A stretch of 64,000 bases of DNA from Octopus vulgaris (Eukaryota): contig OX597829.1 of NCBI GenBank assembly GCA_951406725.2, positions 11,470,001 to 11,534,000 on the forward strand, written 5' to 3'. A program made the position numbers and the translations under genes. Positions 1-13,724 of the stretch are shown here, piece after piece. The notes beneath the pieces were generated by a model. The model saw only the letters and a program-made list of their open reading frames with translations. It searched no databases and was not told where the DNA came from. Within the stretch, counting starts at the first letter, position 1; the number at the start of each line of letters is the position of its first letter.

Positions 1-69
1 TGGTGAAGCAAATTTTTGCTGAACCCTAATTATAATTATACTCATAATTATAGAATTTTATATATATAT

Positions 70-160
70 GAAAGCCGTTGGGTAAAAACGCCACAAGCAG
101 TTAACGATAATAAAATTATGAGCTTACACACACAATTAAAGATGAGATTTTCTCTATCAG

Positions 161-206
<46 letters not shown>

Positions 207-232
207 CTGATAGAGAAAATCTCATCTTTAAT

Positions 233-280
<48 letters not shown>

Positions 281-377
281 CTGATAGAGAAAATCTCATC
301 TTTAATTGTGTGTGTGTGTGTAAGCTCATAATTTTATTATTGTTAACTGCTTGTGGCGTTTTTACCCAACGGCTTTC
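70..377. repeat. Fold-back repeat around (TA)n/(TG)n tracts; probable Penelope-type terminal fragment
   Basis: 70-160 (GAAAGCCGTTGG...CTCTATCAG) recurs as its reverse complement at 281-377, with a partial third copy at 206-240; the arms abut (TA)n. Confidence 0.75.
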
Positions 378-1485
378 AAAAGACCTCTTTTTGAAGCCGT
401 GAGAAGTAAACACCACCACCAACACCTGTGTCGCTTTTTGCAAAAGACAGTTCCACAGTTTTCTTAATTTTTTTATTCACATTCCATTACATATCCCTAT
501 ACAGAGCAAGAATCAAATATTTTTTAGCGGTGGATATGAAAACTTTACCTACAGAAGATGCTGAGAATGCATTGAAGAAGCAGAAAATATCACTTCTATT
601 ATTTTTGTGGATGGGTAACATCGTTTCGAGAATGACCATGAAATGTTATTACGTCATCAAAGGGTTAAAAGGATTGAAAGATTTATACACCATAAGCTAT
701 GATGGTGGATCATAGAGACAAACCTGATGAGCTCAACGGTAAATCAAGTTGGGAGAATTAATCATTCTACATATCATACACTATGATAGATTTGAGCTCA
801 GCTCTAAAACTGACAGAAAATAGCAGTCAAATCTTCTTCAAATAAGACCTTACTGGTTTTAAAAAGCGAAAACTAGATAATACGATCCTATAAGACCTGT
901 ACCACGAAAAAATATTGAATGGTTATGACTGGAATGCTTTTGATCTAATCAATTATGCTGAATTTGTGCGTCGAATAAAAACTTTGAGCATATTTGCTCT
1001 GACTTTCTAGTCTCTAGATTCAGATTTCAACGAGACCCACTTTGCTTCTCGTCCTTTTGGAGTTGATAAATAAAGTGTTAACCCAGGGTAGTGGTTTAGC
1101 AGAAATGTTAAAGCGGTGGACGAAATGCCTTTCGGTGTTTGTTCTGGCTCTTTCTGTTCTGGGTTCAAAGCATTGCTTAGAGTGACATCACAGCGGAGTA
1201 ATTTCTGGATAGACAAACAAAATATAAACAAAGATACTGAACTCAAAACAATTTATACTAAACGGGGAAAAACTAAGAGCAGTAAGTGGTCAATAGATCA
1301 GGATAATGCTGCTGCTGCTGCTGCTACTGCTGACGATGATGATGATAAAGATGAGGATGAGTAGATTCTTGCCTGCTAAATACAACAATGAGATATGCCT
1401 TCAACTATTACACACACACATTGACACTCATACACATATATACATACACAAACGTATGCATGTATGCATATTCGTCATGATAGCT

Positions 1486-1662
1486 CGCTAGCCACTAAAC
1501 CCTTTTCTATTTTCTCTCCCTGTTTATTTCTGTGTCCCTTTCTGTCGAAGAGTGTAGGCTCGAAACGTAAAAGATCCTCTCACTTCCCGAACGTTAAACT
1601 AATACATCTGTTTGTTGTTTACACACCCGTCTTCGTCTTTTTGGGGTTTTTTTTACAAATTC

Positions 1663-1668
<6 letters not shown>
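1486..1668 (+). mobile_element. Solo Penelope-like pseudo-LTR fragment with minimal hammerhead motif (1538-1573)
   Basis: Homologous by eye to 9383-9568 (+) and to the 3' end of the Penelope element at 24968-25210 (-); contains CTTT-CTGTCGA-A-GAGT-gtag-GCTC-GAAAC-GT-A-AAAG; ends in (TA)n. Confidence 0.75.
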
Positions 1669-1756
<88 letters not shown>

Positions 1757-2672
1757 TGTATGTATGTATGTATGTATGCATGTATTTTATAGTCGAGTGG
1801 ACGGGAATACTTGAGGGGCAGGGGCACTTAATACGCTGGTTCTAATTAGCTGCTGTTGTGTGTCTTTAATTATATTGTTACACAAACAGTTCTGGACTTA
1901 GCTAATGCACATGCGATCTCAGCGGTTTATTTAAAGTACTAAAAAGATTATAAATTTGAAATACAATAATATATTTCGTGAAAAAATAATAATCTTAAAA
2001 CAAGAAACTATAACTTTTCATATTATGGGATATTTTTAAGCATAAAAGTATATATAACAAAAAAGTGTATGTTCATTTTCTTCATATACTCTGACAATAA
2101 TTCTCAAAATTTTCTAAGATACATTCCAGTATAAAGAAAATCAATGGGAAAAAAACTGTGAACGAAATATATATTAATGTTACATTTTTTTACTTTCCTT
2201 TAGAGAAAGTTTCTAATGACAATAAAAGTTCAGATTTTCATTCAGCAAGCAGAAAAATAGAAAATGACAACAATAACAAGAATTCACACATTTTTAACAC
2301 TTAAATAAGTACGTGTTAATTTTATTTTTTCATTCTTATTTTTCCTTATAATAGTTTGTTTACGATACATAAAAAGCCCACTCAATGAATGGAATTAATG
2401 AAGACCATGCCATTTGGATACAATTTAATTTGATTTGCATTTCAACTTAAAAACACCAGATTAAGAGACGTTGGACTGTACTGGACTCAAAATTTCGAAC
2501 AGCTTTTAAAGGATATTGAAGGAAAATAAAATAATTACCTATATTTCTTGGTGTGCTTATTTGTATATGTATATGTATGTTTGTGTGTGCGTTTATACAT
2601 ATGCGTGTATGCATATAAGCATATATGTATGTATATATATGTGCGTGTGTATGCGTGTGTATTTATGTGTAC

Positions 2673-2756
<84 letters not shown>

Positions 2757-2967
2757 TAATGATGATGGCTAGACGCAATTCAAAACCAAAAAGTAAGTAA
2801 TTCACCACCACATACACAACATATACATATATGTCTGTATGCGTATGTGAGTATAATTTATATATATATATACTTATATTTTATACATATACATATATAT
2901 ATAATTATATTTTATACATATATATATGAATACACACATCGTTCAGGCCTTCCTTCGACCTGTGACT

Positions 2968-3013
2968 AGTTTGAAAAGTGCCAACGCACGAAACTCTCGA
3001 ATCTTGAGTTACT
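2968..3013 (+). ncRNA. Type I hammerhead ribozyme motif, U3:A8 core variant
   Basis: AGT-TTGAAAA-GTGC(caac)GCAC-GAA-ACTC(tcgaatctt)GAGT-T-ACT; all three stems pair; sits in a short island between TA-rich tracts. Confidence 0.65.
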
Positions 3014-3052
3014 CTAAATATTAGTATGTATGTATGTATGTATGTATGTATG

Positions 3053-3220
<168 letters not shown>

Positions 3221-3269
3221 TATAGAGAGAGAGCGAGACAGACAGACAGACAGAGACAGAGAGAGAGTT

Positions 3270-3470
3270 TACCCCTTAAAACGGAGAGAAACCCAAGAAA
3301 AAATCAACGCATGGACGTGGTACATGCAAAGTATTAATAAGACGCTCAGCGGAGGAAAGAAAGGGTGTTTTATCTTTTGAGCAAAGCTCTTCTTCAGAAA
3401 CAGGATAGAGAGGAAAGCCCAAGAGGAAAGAAACACGGAGGAAAAAATCCCCAACAATCCACACGTAGTT
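3270..3470 (-). mobile_element. Degenerate Penelope-like pseudo-LTR fragment with decayed hammerhead (3367-3401)
   Basis: Minus strand reads GTTT-CTGAAGA-A-GAGC(ttt)GCTC-AAAAGAT-AAAAC; resembles 4585-4775. Confidence 0.6.
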
Positions 3471-3480
3471 ACATTTTGGA

Positions 3481-3531
<51 letters not shown>

Positions 3532-4506
3532 CAATATGTGTATGTATGTATATATGTATGTATGTATGTATGCATGTATGTATATATTATGTATGTATGT
3601 GTGTGTATGTATGTATTAATGCATAATTGTTAGTATATGTGAGCGTATGAATATTCATGTTTAATGTCCGTTTGTGTGAGTTTATACAAATATTTCTGCG
3701 TCTATATTACATGTTTATGTACACACACACACACACACACGCACATGTACACACACATATATAAGCACTCACATACGCACATATAATCCGATAGTGATAA
3801 TACATCGTACACGGCAAGTGTCATGATTTGCTTATGACAAGCAATCCTCATACGATATACTCAATCAATTTCTAAAAGGTCCGTGACATTTGTGAGTTCT
3901 TATATACAGTTACAGTTATTACAAATTGTTTACAAAGAAAGAAGTCATAAGTGGTCTTTAAAATATGTGACTAACGAAATGGAATGGTTGTAACGCTATT
4001 ATCGGGAAATATGTATGGAAATTTAAAGAATAAGAACTTTAAAGCATAAAACAAAGTGTGCATTATAATAAAGTGTGGAAAATCCGGCAGTTTCTCACTG
4101 GCTTACATGTAGTGTAAAAAGAGTGTGCATGATTATTCCTGTTTCATAATCAAATGTTGATCCATTTTGCCGCAAGGAATCGGAAATAAATATGACTTGG
4201 TAATAAGTGCTATGCTTTTCCAAATTACTTTAGGCGCCTATATGCTCGCAGGCAGACATATACACTTTCTACACGCTATCACCCTTGATCCAGTGGAACG
4301 TGTATGCAATGGCTGGTGGGAAAGAGGGTCACAGAAGCAAACGGCTGATCCTCAGTTTCAGCTGAGGCGACTAAAGCAACCTGAAATGATGTATCACGAT
4401 CTTAAGATCGTGGGGCCAACGCCCTAACCAATAAGTCATGCACGTTCACATACACACATGCGCAGGCACACATACACACATAATACATGTTATGTGTGTG
4501 TACATG

Positions 4507-4561
<55 letters not shown>

Positions 4562-4564
4562 TAT

Positions 4565-4774
4565 GTGACCTCGTGAGTACCGCTAGCGATTTTTTTTCCT
4601 CTGTCTTCCCTTCTTGGGATCTTTCATTCTCCTATGTTTCCGACGAAGAGCTCCGCTCGAAACGTTAAACCCTCCTTCTTCCCTTCTTTCCTGAGCGTCC
4701 AATAATACTTTATTTGTTCCACGTCCCCGCGTTGCTGTGGGTTTTTTTTTGTGTTTTCTTGTTTGGATTAACTT

Positions 4775-4775
<1 letters not shown>
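4565..4775 (+). mobile_element. Penelope-like pseudo-LTR fragment with minimal hammerhead (4636-4670)
   Basis: GTTT-CCGACGA-A-GAGC(tcc)GCTC-GAAAC-GT-T-AAAC; flanked on both sides by (TA)n. Confidence 0.7.
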
Positions 4776-4808
<33 letters not shown>

Positions 4809-5989
4809 TGAATGGGAAAAAGAAGAAAATAGGCAAATTGATATAGACATTAGTTTATCAAATCAATATGAAATTCATGTTCCAACAGCCGTTTCTATAT
4901 CCAATTGGTTCAATTAAAGAAATTAAATTAAATTAGATTAATTTAAAATTTCGTTTTGAAACAGGCTAATTCGGTATTTCATCTGGGGAGAATTTCCCAG
5001 AAAGGAGTTACATTCCAGACTCAGATGTGAGCGTTTTGGTAATGTATGTATTTTTTAAAAACCGTTATGAGTATATATAGACATATAAACAAATATATAT
5101 GGTTTAGTTGTGTGCATACGTCTATAATACATAATAGTTGTTATTGAGGGCGGTGTTGCAGTTAGAGTGAACTAGGTGTTAGAGAGGAAGAGATTGAAAG
5201 AGAGAGAGAGAGATAGGTAGAGAGAGATTGAGGGAGAGAGCGGTAATATTTATCGTGTAATTTTGTCAGCGTTTATTAAAATATGGAAGCCAGCAAAAAA
5301 TATGGCGTCTATCAAAATCTGCTAATTAATTATCATATTATAGTATCGCATCATCCATGTTTGTGCGCAATAGTTATGGTCAATAGAACTATGTAATCAA
5401 AGGAAGCTTAAACGTTACCAAATACAATTGATAAGAATTTTAAATTAAAAAATAATAAAATTACTAAAGCGACAACTACTATACATTTTACCTCTTAGTT
5501 TCATAATTATGTTATAAAATATCAACGACATATTCATGAAGAACGTGCTTAATTAGATTTATAGCAAACCGCAATGATACGGTTACCTATGCAGAAAAAC
5601 TTAATATACGACTTTAGCATTTAATTAATATTTTTATAACTATATTATATCTACTTAGCATTCTTTAATGCTTATATTTGCAGATGCTGGTATAATAAAA
5701 CGTGAAGTAACGACTGATTCAAATTTCAAATAATTTTAACATATAATTAATTATTTATAATAATAATATATCCGGTGGTAGTTTTTTGAATATCCATAAA
5801 TGTGCGTGAATAAATGAAAAATCCTCCCTTTTCTCGTATATAAGATGCAATATTAATATTTTAATATAATATTTGATATTTATATGATATCTACTAAGAA
5901 TTTTTAATTCTTTAGTTATAGACGTTAGTGTACTAAATGTGAAATGCCGATTCAATGTACTCGTAACTTTAATATATAATTAATTTAAT

Positions 5990-7420
5990 TATTATAATAC
6001 ATCTAATGGTAGATTTTGAGAGTCCAATTACATGCGGCAACACATGAAAAACCAGTCTCAATCCTTGTATTTAAAAGACACCTCCTGGACAATAGGATTT
6101 GGTATTTGGAGAAAACAAAAGGCATTTCCAATCTTATAAGCAGTAGCCTTGCTTATAATTTCTCACTCCCCAGAAAAATTTTTTTCTTGTTTTTCAAGTC
6201 CCAAATGAGTTTACTAGAGGACTTGATCCTATTATTAAAGGTGTAAATATGATTAGACATGCGTCTCTTGAAAAGATTTTGCGTTGCTCCTACGTAAAAG
6301 AAACTTTCACCTTCAAATTTCACTTAACTTCTGTAAACATTTTTTTTTTGCTTGTTTACAATAATTTTTAAATAAACATTTACTTCTAACCTTGCAATCA
6401 AAAATGTTATTGTCATTACTACTCATATCATCATTCTGTTCTATATCATTACATTCAGTATGATTATTATTTACCCTGTTACCTATATTCAAGAGATTGA
6501 AATGAGTTTTAATTTGGATTATTTTACCTTGTACTCTAGACGACTCAAGTGCACGTTTCTTATTAACATCTGTTCTAAGAACATTACCATTGTTGCATTT
6601 ACTATGATTATAATTATTATAAAAATAAGATAAATTTTTTCGTTAATTGAAGATGTAATCTGGGACAAGTTATATGAGACAGAAAAATGCAACTTTAAGA
6701 AACCTAAGGTTAATAGTATCATAATATCTATTTTCCTTTGTAAAGTGTTTAGAAAAAAGTTTGTATAAGGCCCCCGACCAAATTATTCTTAATTTTCTTG
6801 GCGAATGGATATATAAACCAAATGATGTCGTTCTTATCACATGCAACATATTTTTCAAATTTTCGAATCCTATTAAATATATAAGGGGTTTGTTTTTTAA
6901 CCCAATTATTCATATTCCTAATCGTATGAGGACAATTAGAAGAACGAAGCAATACATTGGTTCTCGTATTTTGTATATCGTTTTTCTTTTTATTTGGACA
7001 TTTAACCTTACTTACCCTATCCCTATTCGTATTCATGGAAATTTATTTAAAATCTTTACTAACATGAGAAACAGCCATGTTGTTAGAGATACCGATATTC
7101 TTATTTTTAGGATAATATTTCAATTTTTGTCGATACCCAGCTTTGCTGAGATCCACATCATAATAGTCAGTATTTTTGTCAAAAGTATCCTTATTAGATG
7201 ATAGATTAGAACTTGAAATATCATTATTTCTAATTCTCTCGAAAGGAAACTACGGCAGCGGTACTGGATATTAATAGTTATCGCCAAGCTAACATGGAAA
7301 TCCAGAAAAATAGGACGATTGATTAGCTCCAAGAGGCTATCACCTCAAGCTAGCTATGTGACACACAAACCTGTGTCCAATTTTTCTGGACTGCCATGTT
7401 AGCTTGGCGATAACTATTAA
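5990..7420 (-). mobile_element. Decayed Penelope-like element (Naiad-like), C-terminal region with GIY-YIG endonuclease
   Basis: Hand translation of the minus strand across stops and frameshifts: NDIIWFIYPFAKKIKNNL...KLFSKHFTKENRYYDTINLRFLKVAFFC, then NVYRS*VKFEGESFFYVGATQNLFKRRMSNH...LIWDLK...*EIISKATAYKIGNAFCFL...LLNTRIE; short inverted repeat at 7272-7297/7394-7420. Confidence 0.75.
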
Positions 7421-7504
7421 TAAAATTAGAAATTCTTTTAGAGATATTATAAACCAAAAAATCCATTACCGAGCTTGGATGATTACTTTCGACTTTTATA
7501 TACT

Positions 7505-8030
7505 TAAGATTGGCGGAGGCGAGAATGGGAAAGCAAAGATGGGGCATGTAGGTAGGCAGAGGGTGGGGGTAGAGATGGGGTATGTGGGTAGGCAGAGGGT
7601 GGGGTAGATGTGTGGTATATGGAAGTGGGTGTGATGGATGGGGTGGGGTGGGATGGGAAGGATAGGGAAGGTGGGGTTGGAATGTGTTGGGGTTGGATGG
7701 GATTACGAGGGAGGGTGACGATGAAGGGGGAAGGAGAAGGTGGGTAGGAGTGAAGAGAGAAGGAGTGAAGAGAAGAAGTAAGAGTCGGAGCAAAAGAGGA
7801 GAGGTGGGTGGGTGGGAGGAAGTAGGTGTGAGGGGAAAGAGGAGAGAGGAGGAGAGTTGATCCCAGGTGGTGCAAAGGAGCGAAGAGAGAAGATTAATCC
7901 CTGTCCACAGCGCAAACTGGAGTCCAGATGGCGCCTGTGCAAGGACAATCCGAACACAGATAGGTGTTGCAAGGAGTGACAGGTAGAGCAGAAATGGTGC
8001 GAGACCGAGGTGTCATTACCGAGTCGGATG

Positions 8031-8032
<2 letters not shown>
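7505..8032 (-). mobile_element. Penelope-like element 3' fragment (GIY-YIG C-terminus plus pyrimidine-rich 3' UTR)
   Basis: ORF 7703..8092 contains DIRLGNDTSVSHHFCSTCHSLQHLSVFGL...GLIFSLRSFAPPGIN, matching the PVAxHF..HS...LIFxLxTxxPxGLN tail of Penelope endonucleases; truncated at (TA)n. Confidence 0.75.
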
Positions 8033-8077
<45 letters not shown>

Positions 8078-8084
8078 CATAGTG

Positions 8085-8260
8085 ATGGTCATATTTCACC
8101 AATCAAACACCTGCACTATATATTTGGTCTTCACTTCAGCTTTATCATTATTTTAGTTTTTTTTCCAAAGCTTTATCGTCACACATCCTGTGATCTCTTC
8201 AGCAACTCTCTAACCTACGTGTCTCCTCTTGTTCTGTTTATTCCATTATGTCTTTACATA
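8085..8260 (-). mobile_element. Diverged copy of the repeat family at 36325-36540 and 39915-40135, with decayed hammerhead
   Basis: Shares GATGGTCATATT...GCACTATATATTTGGT and CGTCACAC-TCCTGTGA; minus strand has CTGAAGA-G-ATCACA(ggatg)TGTGAC-GATA. Confidence 0.55.
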
Positions 8261-9105
8261 TATATAGTCATTTATCAATATATGGGATGTATGTATAATT
8301 ATGTTATCATTCGGGCATTCAAGGAATCATTATTTAAATGTACACGGAACATGATACACTAAGACAATGATCAAACTGATGCAAAACAACTGCCAATATC
8401 ATTACAAATTCGCTGCACTCTAAGAAGCCTGACTAATGGGGCATTAACTAACAGGCTCTTATTCTGTCAAAGAAAATAATATTATTTGCTGTAGTAGAAC
8501 TATTGATGAGCCAAGGACACTTTATGGAACTATTTTTGCTCATCGGAAGTATTCAAATTAATATCTTGAACCGTAGTACTCATTACCATATAGAGAAGAC
8601 TTTTTGTAATTTCTATTCATGCACCAACTCTGAATCAAGAAGCTGCTGATAGTGATTTATTGTATAAACAAACAGAGAATTTGCTCAGGCTATCTCCTAG
8701 AAAGAGACGTACCGAAATGCTTGATATGAATGCCGAACACAGAAACGTAATTAGTCGAGCATTGTCACATGCTCGACTAATTATGAAAGTTTGATGTGGG
8801 TTACTCAAAAGAAATGAAGTACAGCTCATTTTAATAGTTAAAAACAACATTATGTTCTCAACTTCAATTTTCCAGGGTGCATACGGTGTACGTTGGGGGA
8901 AATAACAGTTGATATGAAAAATCCTAGTTTGACACGGACATAGACAGGTATCGTAGCCTCATAAGAGTTAAAATATTTTCGTCTTTTTCGGATTTGAAAG
9001 TGTCAGATGTTGCACTCAGCCCATGAATTTAAATAAATTTCTGAATCAATAATATATAATATATATAGACGTATGTGGGTCTGTATATGTGTGTGTATGC
9101 ATGTA

Positions 9106-9217
<112 letters not shown>

Positions 9218-9218
9218 G

Positions 9219-9344
<126 letters not shown>

Positions 9345-9382
9345 TTATAGATATAGATATAGATATATATGCCATGATTGAT

Positions 9383-9667
<285 letters not shown>

Positions 9668-10181
9668 TGTATGTATGTATGTATGTATGTATGTATGTAT
9701 GTATATGCATATATATGCATATATAAATAAATACATATACATACATAAATACGCACATAAATACATAAATACGCACATACATACATGCATACATGCATGC
9801 ATACATACATACATACATACATACATACATACATGCGTACATACATGCATACATACATACATACATACATACATACATACATACATACATACATACATAC
9901 ATACATACATACATACATACACGTATATTCTTTAGTTAACCTAAAAGTTTCATATATTTTACTCGGCAGTCTTTTTAAACTATTTCAGTTATAATAATAG
10001 TTATAAGTCAAGTTAACGATCCATTTCCAATATAAACTGCTTCAAAGATGTTATATTAAAACGAAATAACATTGAAGCAAACTAAGAGATGAGAAAGTAA
10101 TAGCTGTAGGTTGTTCACTCATTATATAATTGTTCGTATGATCTGGCTACAATTCATTATAACAAACCTGAAAGCGCAAGA

Positions 10182-10334
10182 TTACCTAAAGGTAAAAACA
10201 ACAATAACAACAACAACTGCAGCAATAAGAAAGAATGACAGCGAAATTGAATGACCAATTTGATTTCTGACCACCCCACCATCCACTACTCTGCTTTGGG
10301 TCTGCAATAAAACGTCTGTCTGGGATTGCAATAA
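10182..10334 (-). CDS. Candidate terminal exon of an unidentified host gene (hydrophobic C-terminus)
   Basis: Apparently non-repetitive sequence; possible acceptor CTTCAG, then LLQSQTDVLLQTQSRVVDGGVVRNQIGHSISLSFFLIAAVVVVIVVFTFR-stop. No homology recognised. Confidence 0.2.
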   Translation of the reverse strand, partial: LLQSQTDVLLQTQSRVVDGGVVRNQIGHSISLSFFLIAAVVVVIVVFTFR

Positions 10335-10823
10335 CTGAAGCATTCTACAGAAATTGCTATATGCCACTCCTCAGAAATAGGGGAATAGTTACAAAATTCT
10401 AAAATTAAAATCATTTTTCAAGGTATTTTAATATTAATTCATAGTTAATAATAAAACTGAGAGAGAAAAAAATATGAGAATTTTTTTTTTTCCTTTCAAA
10501 ATGGGAAAAATATTTTTAACTTCTAATCAGAAATTTAATTAAAAATAATTAATTTGATAACTTTAATAATGTTTTCCAGTCAGTATATTTATAAACATAT
10601 TCATATGCAGACAGTCCGTATATAAACATATTTATATACGACCACTATAATCACCAAACACCTATGTACATCTTTCGTTCATACTAATGTTTCTCAACCA
10701 TTTGTTTTTGTTTTTTTTTTACCTATGAACCACTTTGACTTCTTTTTACTCGGAGAGACCCTCATTACCATTCGATGGTTAAAAAATCCCATTATATTCT
10801 TATAATTATGTGTAATTAGGTAT

Positions 10824-11178
10824 TGGAGTAAAAATGTTTTGCCAACATAACACGACAGTCATGGTTTAGGACGAATGTTGCTGTAATTTAGCCCCAGGGG
10901 ACATCGTCTCCAGCTGGCTATACGACACGATCTGTGTCCTTATATTTTCGAACAAGGGAATCTAGCACCCCGACTCAGCTCAAAATAACCCGGAAATCGC
11001 GATACACAGATTTTGTTTTCAGCTGAATGGGGGAACTAGGTTCTCTTGTTTGAAAACATATGGACACAGATTGTGTCGTAAAGCCAGCTGGAGACGATGT
11101 CTCCTGGGACTAAATTACAGCAACATTCGGCGTAAACCATGAATGCCATGTTATGTTGGCAAACAATCTTTACTCCAA
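10824..11178. repeat. Imperfect inverted repeat (arms about 140 bp, spacer about 70 bp) related to the Naiad-like terminal repeat
   Basis: 10824-10965 is the approximate reverse complement of 11036-11178; the arm resembles 41450-41530 and 7320-7385. Confidence 0.75.
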
Positions 11179-11800
11179 AGTACTGTTGCTGAATATCTCT
11201 CGTTGTGAGATTTAAAATAGTAATTTTCTCATCAGGAATTGTATAAAATTTTTTGTGTCTTTGTCTGAAATCCTTCGTCACACAAGCTGTAACCTCTTGA
11301 GGGACTCTCCAGCCAGCGTGGCAATTCTTGTCCTCTTTAGTCCATTTTGTCTTTCTAAGCGTTTTCCATCCCATATGTCTCCTCCTGTCTTGTGTCCACT
11401 TCAGTGATTCTACATCCCACATATTTCCTCCTGTTCTGTTTACTACATTCTGTCTTTTGAATTAAAATATTTTGTCTCTTGTAGATTTAAAACCAAAAAT
11501 GTTGGCAGCAAAATCTTATATGGAACCCCACCCACCCAAGGGACATGTGGACACCGGTTGAGAACTACTGGTCTATTACCTATAAATTCGTATTTATAAA
11601 TACAGAAGACCCTCATATCCAGAATGGATGTTTTCATTCCTTGTTTTCTTTCCTTGTTGAAGCGGTATATTACTAGTTCTAACACGTCATCAAAGACTGC
11701 GTGTTTGGACTCACATGTACTACTCTCCAGACAATAATATCTCTAAATTGCTGCATCTTCAGGGGTTTTCATATAATTAGAGCTATTATTATTTTATTAT

Positions 11801-12062
11801 TCAGTAGTTTTATTTTTATATCGTGCTTTCACTTCACTACCGAGCGCAGCTCTATGTGCCTTGGGTACGTGCTGTAATTTGTTGTGATGCTCTGATGGTT
11901 ACTGTATTGAAAGTGTTCTGCGTAGGATGTGTGCAGTGCCTAGTAGTGCAATTTTCTGTATGTTATATGTATTTGTAAGTCCTGGTGTTTTTGTTATGTA
12001 TTTGTCTGAATATTTTTTTATCATGCCTAATGCACCTACTATGATAGGAATTGTTTCTGTTT
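11801..12062 (-). mobile_element. R4/Dong-like LINE 3' fragment (family B)
   Basis: Near-identical to 17824-18090; antisense frame encodes the RLE C-terminus (..IQKIALLGTAHILRRTLS); (TAA)n on both sides. Confidence 0.85.
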
Positions 12063-12084
12063 TTTATTATTATTATTATTATTA

Positions 12085-12365
12085 TATGTTTGACTTTTGC
12101 TTTATATTTGTACAAGTTGGCTTCAAGTCTCACACAGAGACCTCAAGAGACAAAATGTTGGAAGTTCGTATTGTTGTTATGCCTAGTGTTCCCATATATT
12201 TGGTTTTGTATTTAGTGTTGTACTAGTGAATGCCTAAAAAAAATTGTTTGTTTTAAACAGTAGATCTTCCAGTTTTTTACAGTTGTTTTTTCAGTTGTCC
12301 TGCTGAGTTAGCTGCTGACAGGTCAGAGCAGCGAAGAAAACGTCCAGCCTCTGTCACGTCCAGCC
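12085..12365 (-). mobile_element. R4/Dong-like family A 3' UTR fused to a 107-bp non-coding segment (possible short internally deleted element)
   Basis: 12085-12258 matches the 3' UTR at 12501-12687; 12259-12365 is unrelated to the ORF end; flanked by (TAA)n and (GAA)n/(TAA)n. Confidence 0.6.
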
Positions 12366-12376
12366 TTCTTCTCCTT

Positions 12377-13718
<1,342 letters not shown>

Positions 13719-13724
13719 TTTTTT

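Noticed and set aside
724-800. CTGATGA followed by GCTCAA...TTGAGC pairing, as a possible hammerhead or C/D box
   Set aside because: No GAAA after the stem, no stem I/III pairing, and no convincing partner box.
2760-2798. ATG...AAAA|GTAAGT plus-strand donor-like site
   Set aside because: Very short, adjoins a (GA)n tract, and no supporting plus-strand exons were found.
6163-6165. In-frame TGA in the Naiad-like endonuclease as possible selenocysteine
   Set aside because: It aligns with a conserved Trp position (W.II), so TGG>TGA decay is simpler; the ORF has other stops and frameshifts, and no SECIS was recognisable.
6761-7201. 146-aa plus-strand ORF
   Set aside because: Antisense shadow of the Penelope-like remnant; no recognisable motifs.
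11200-11240. Minus-strand CTGATGA
   Set aside because: No stem II or correctly placed GAAA and UH.
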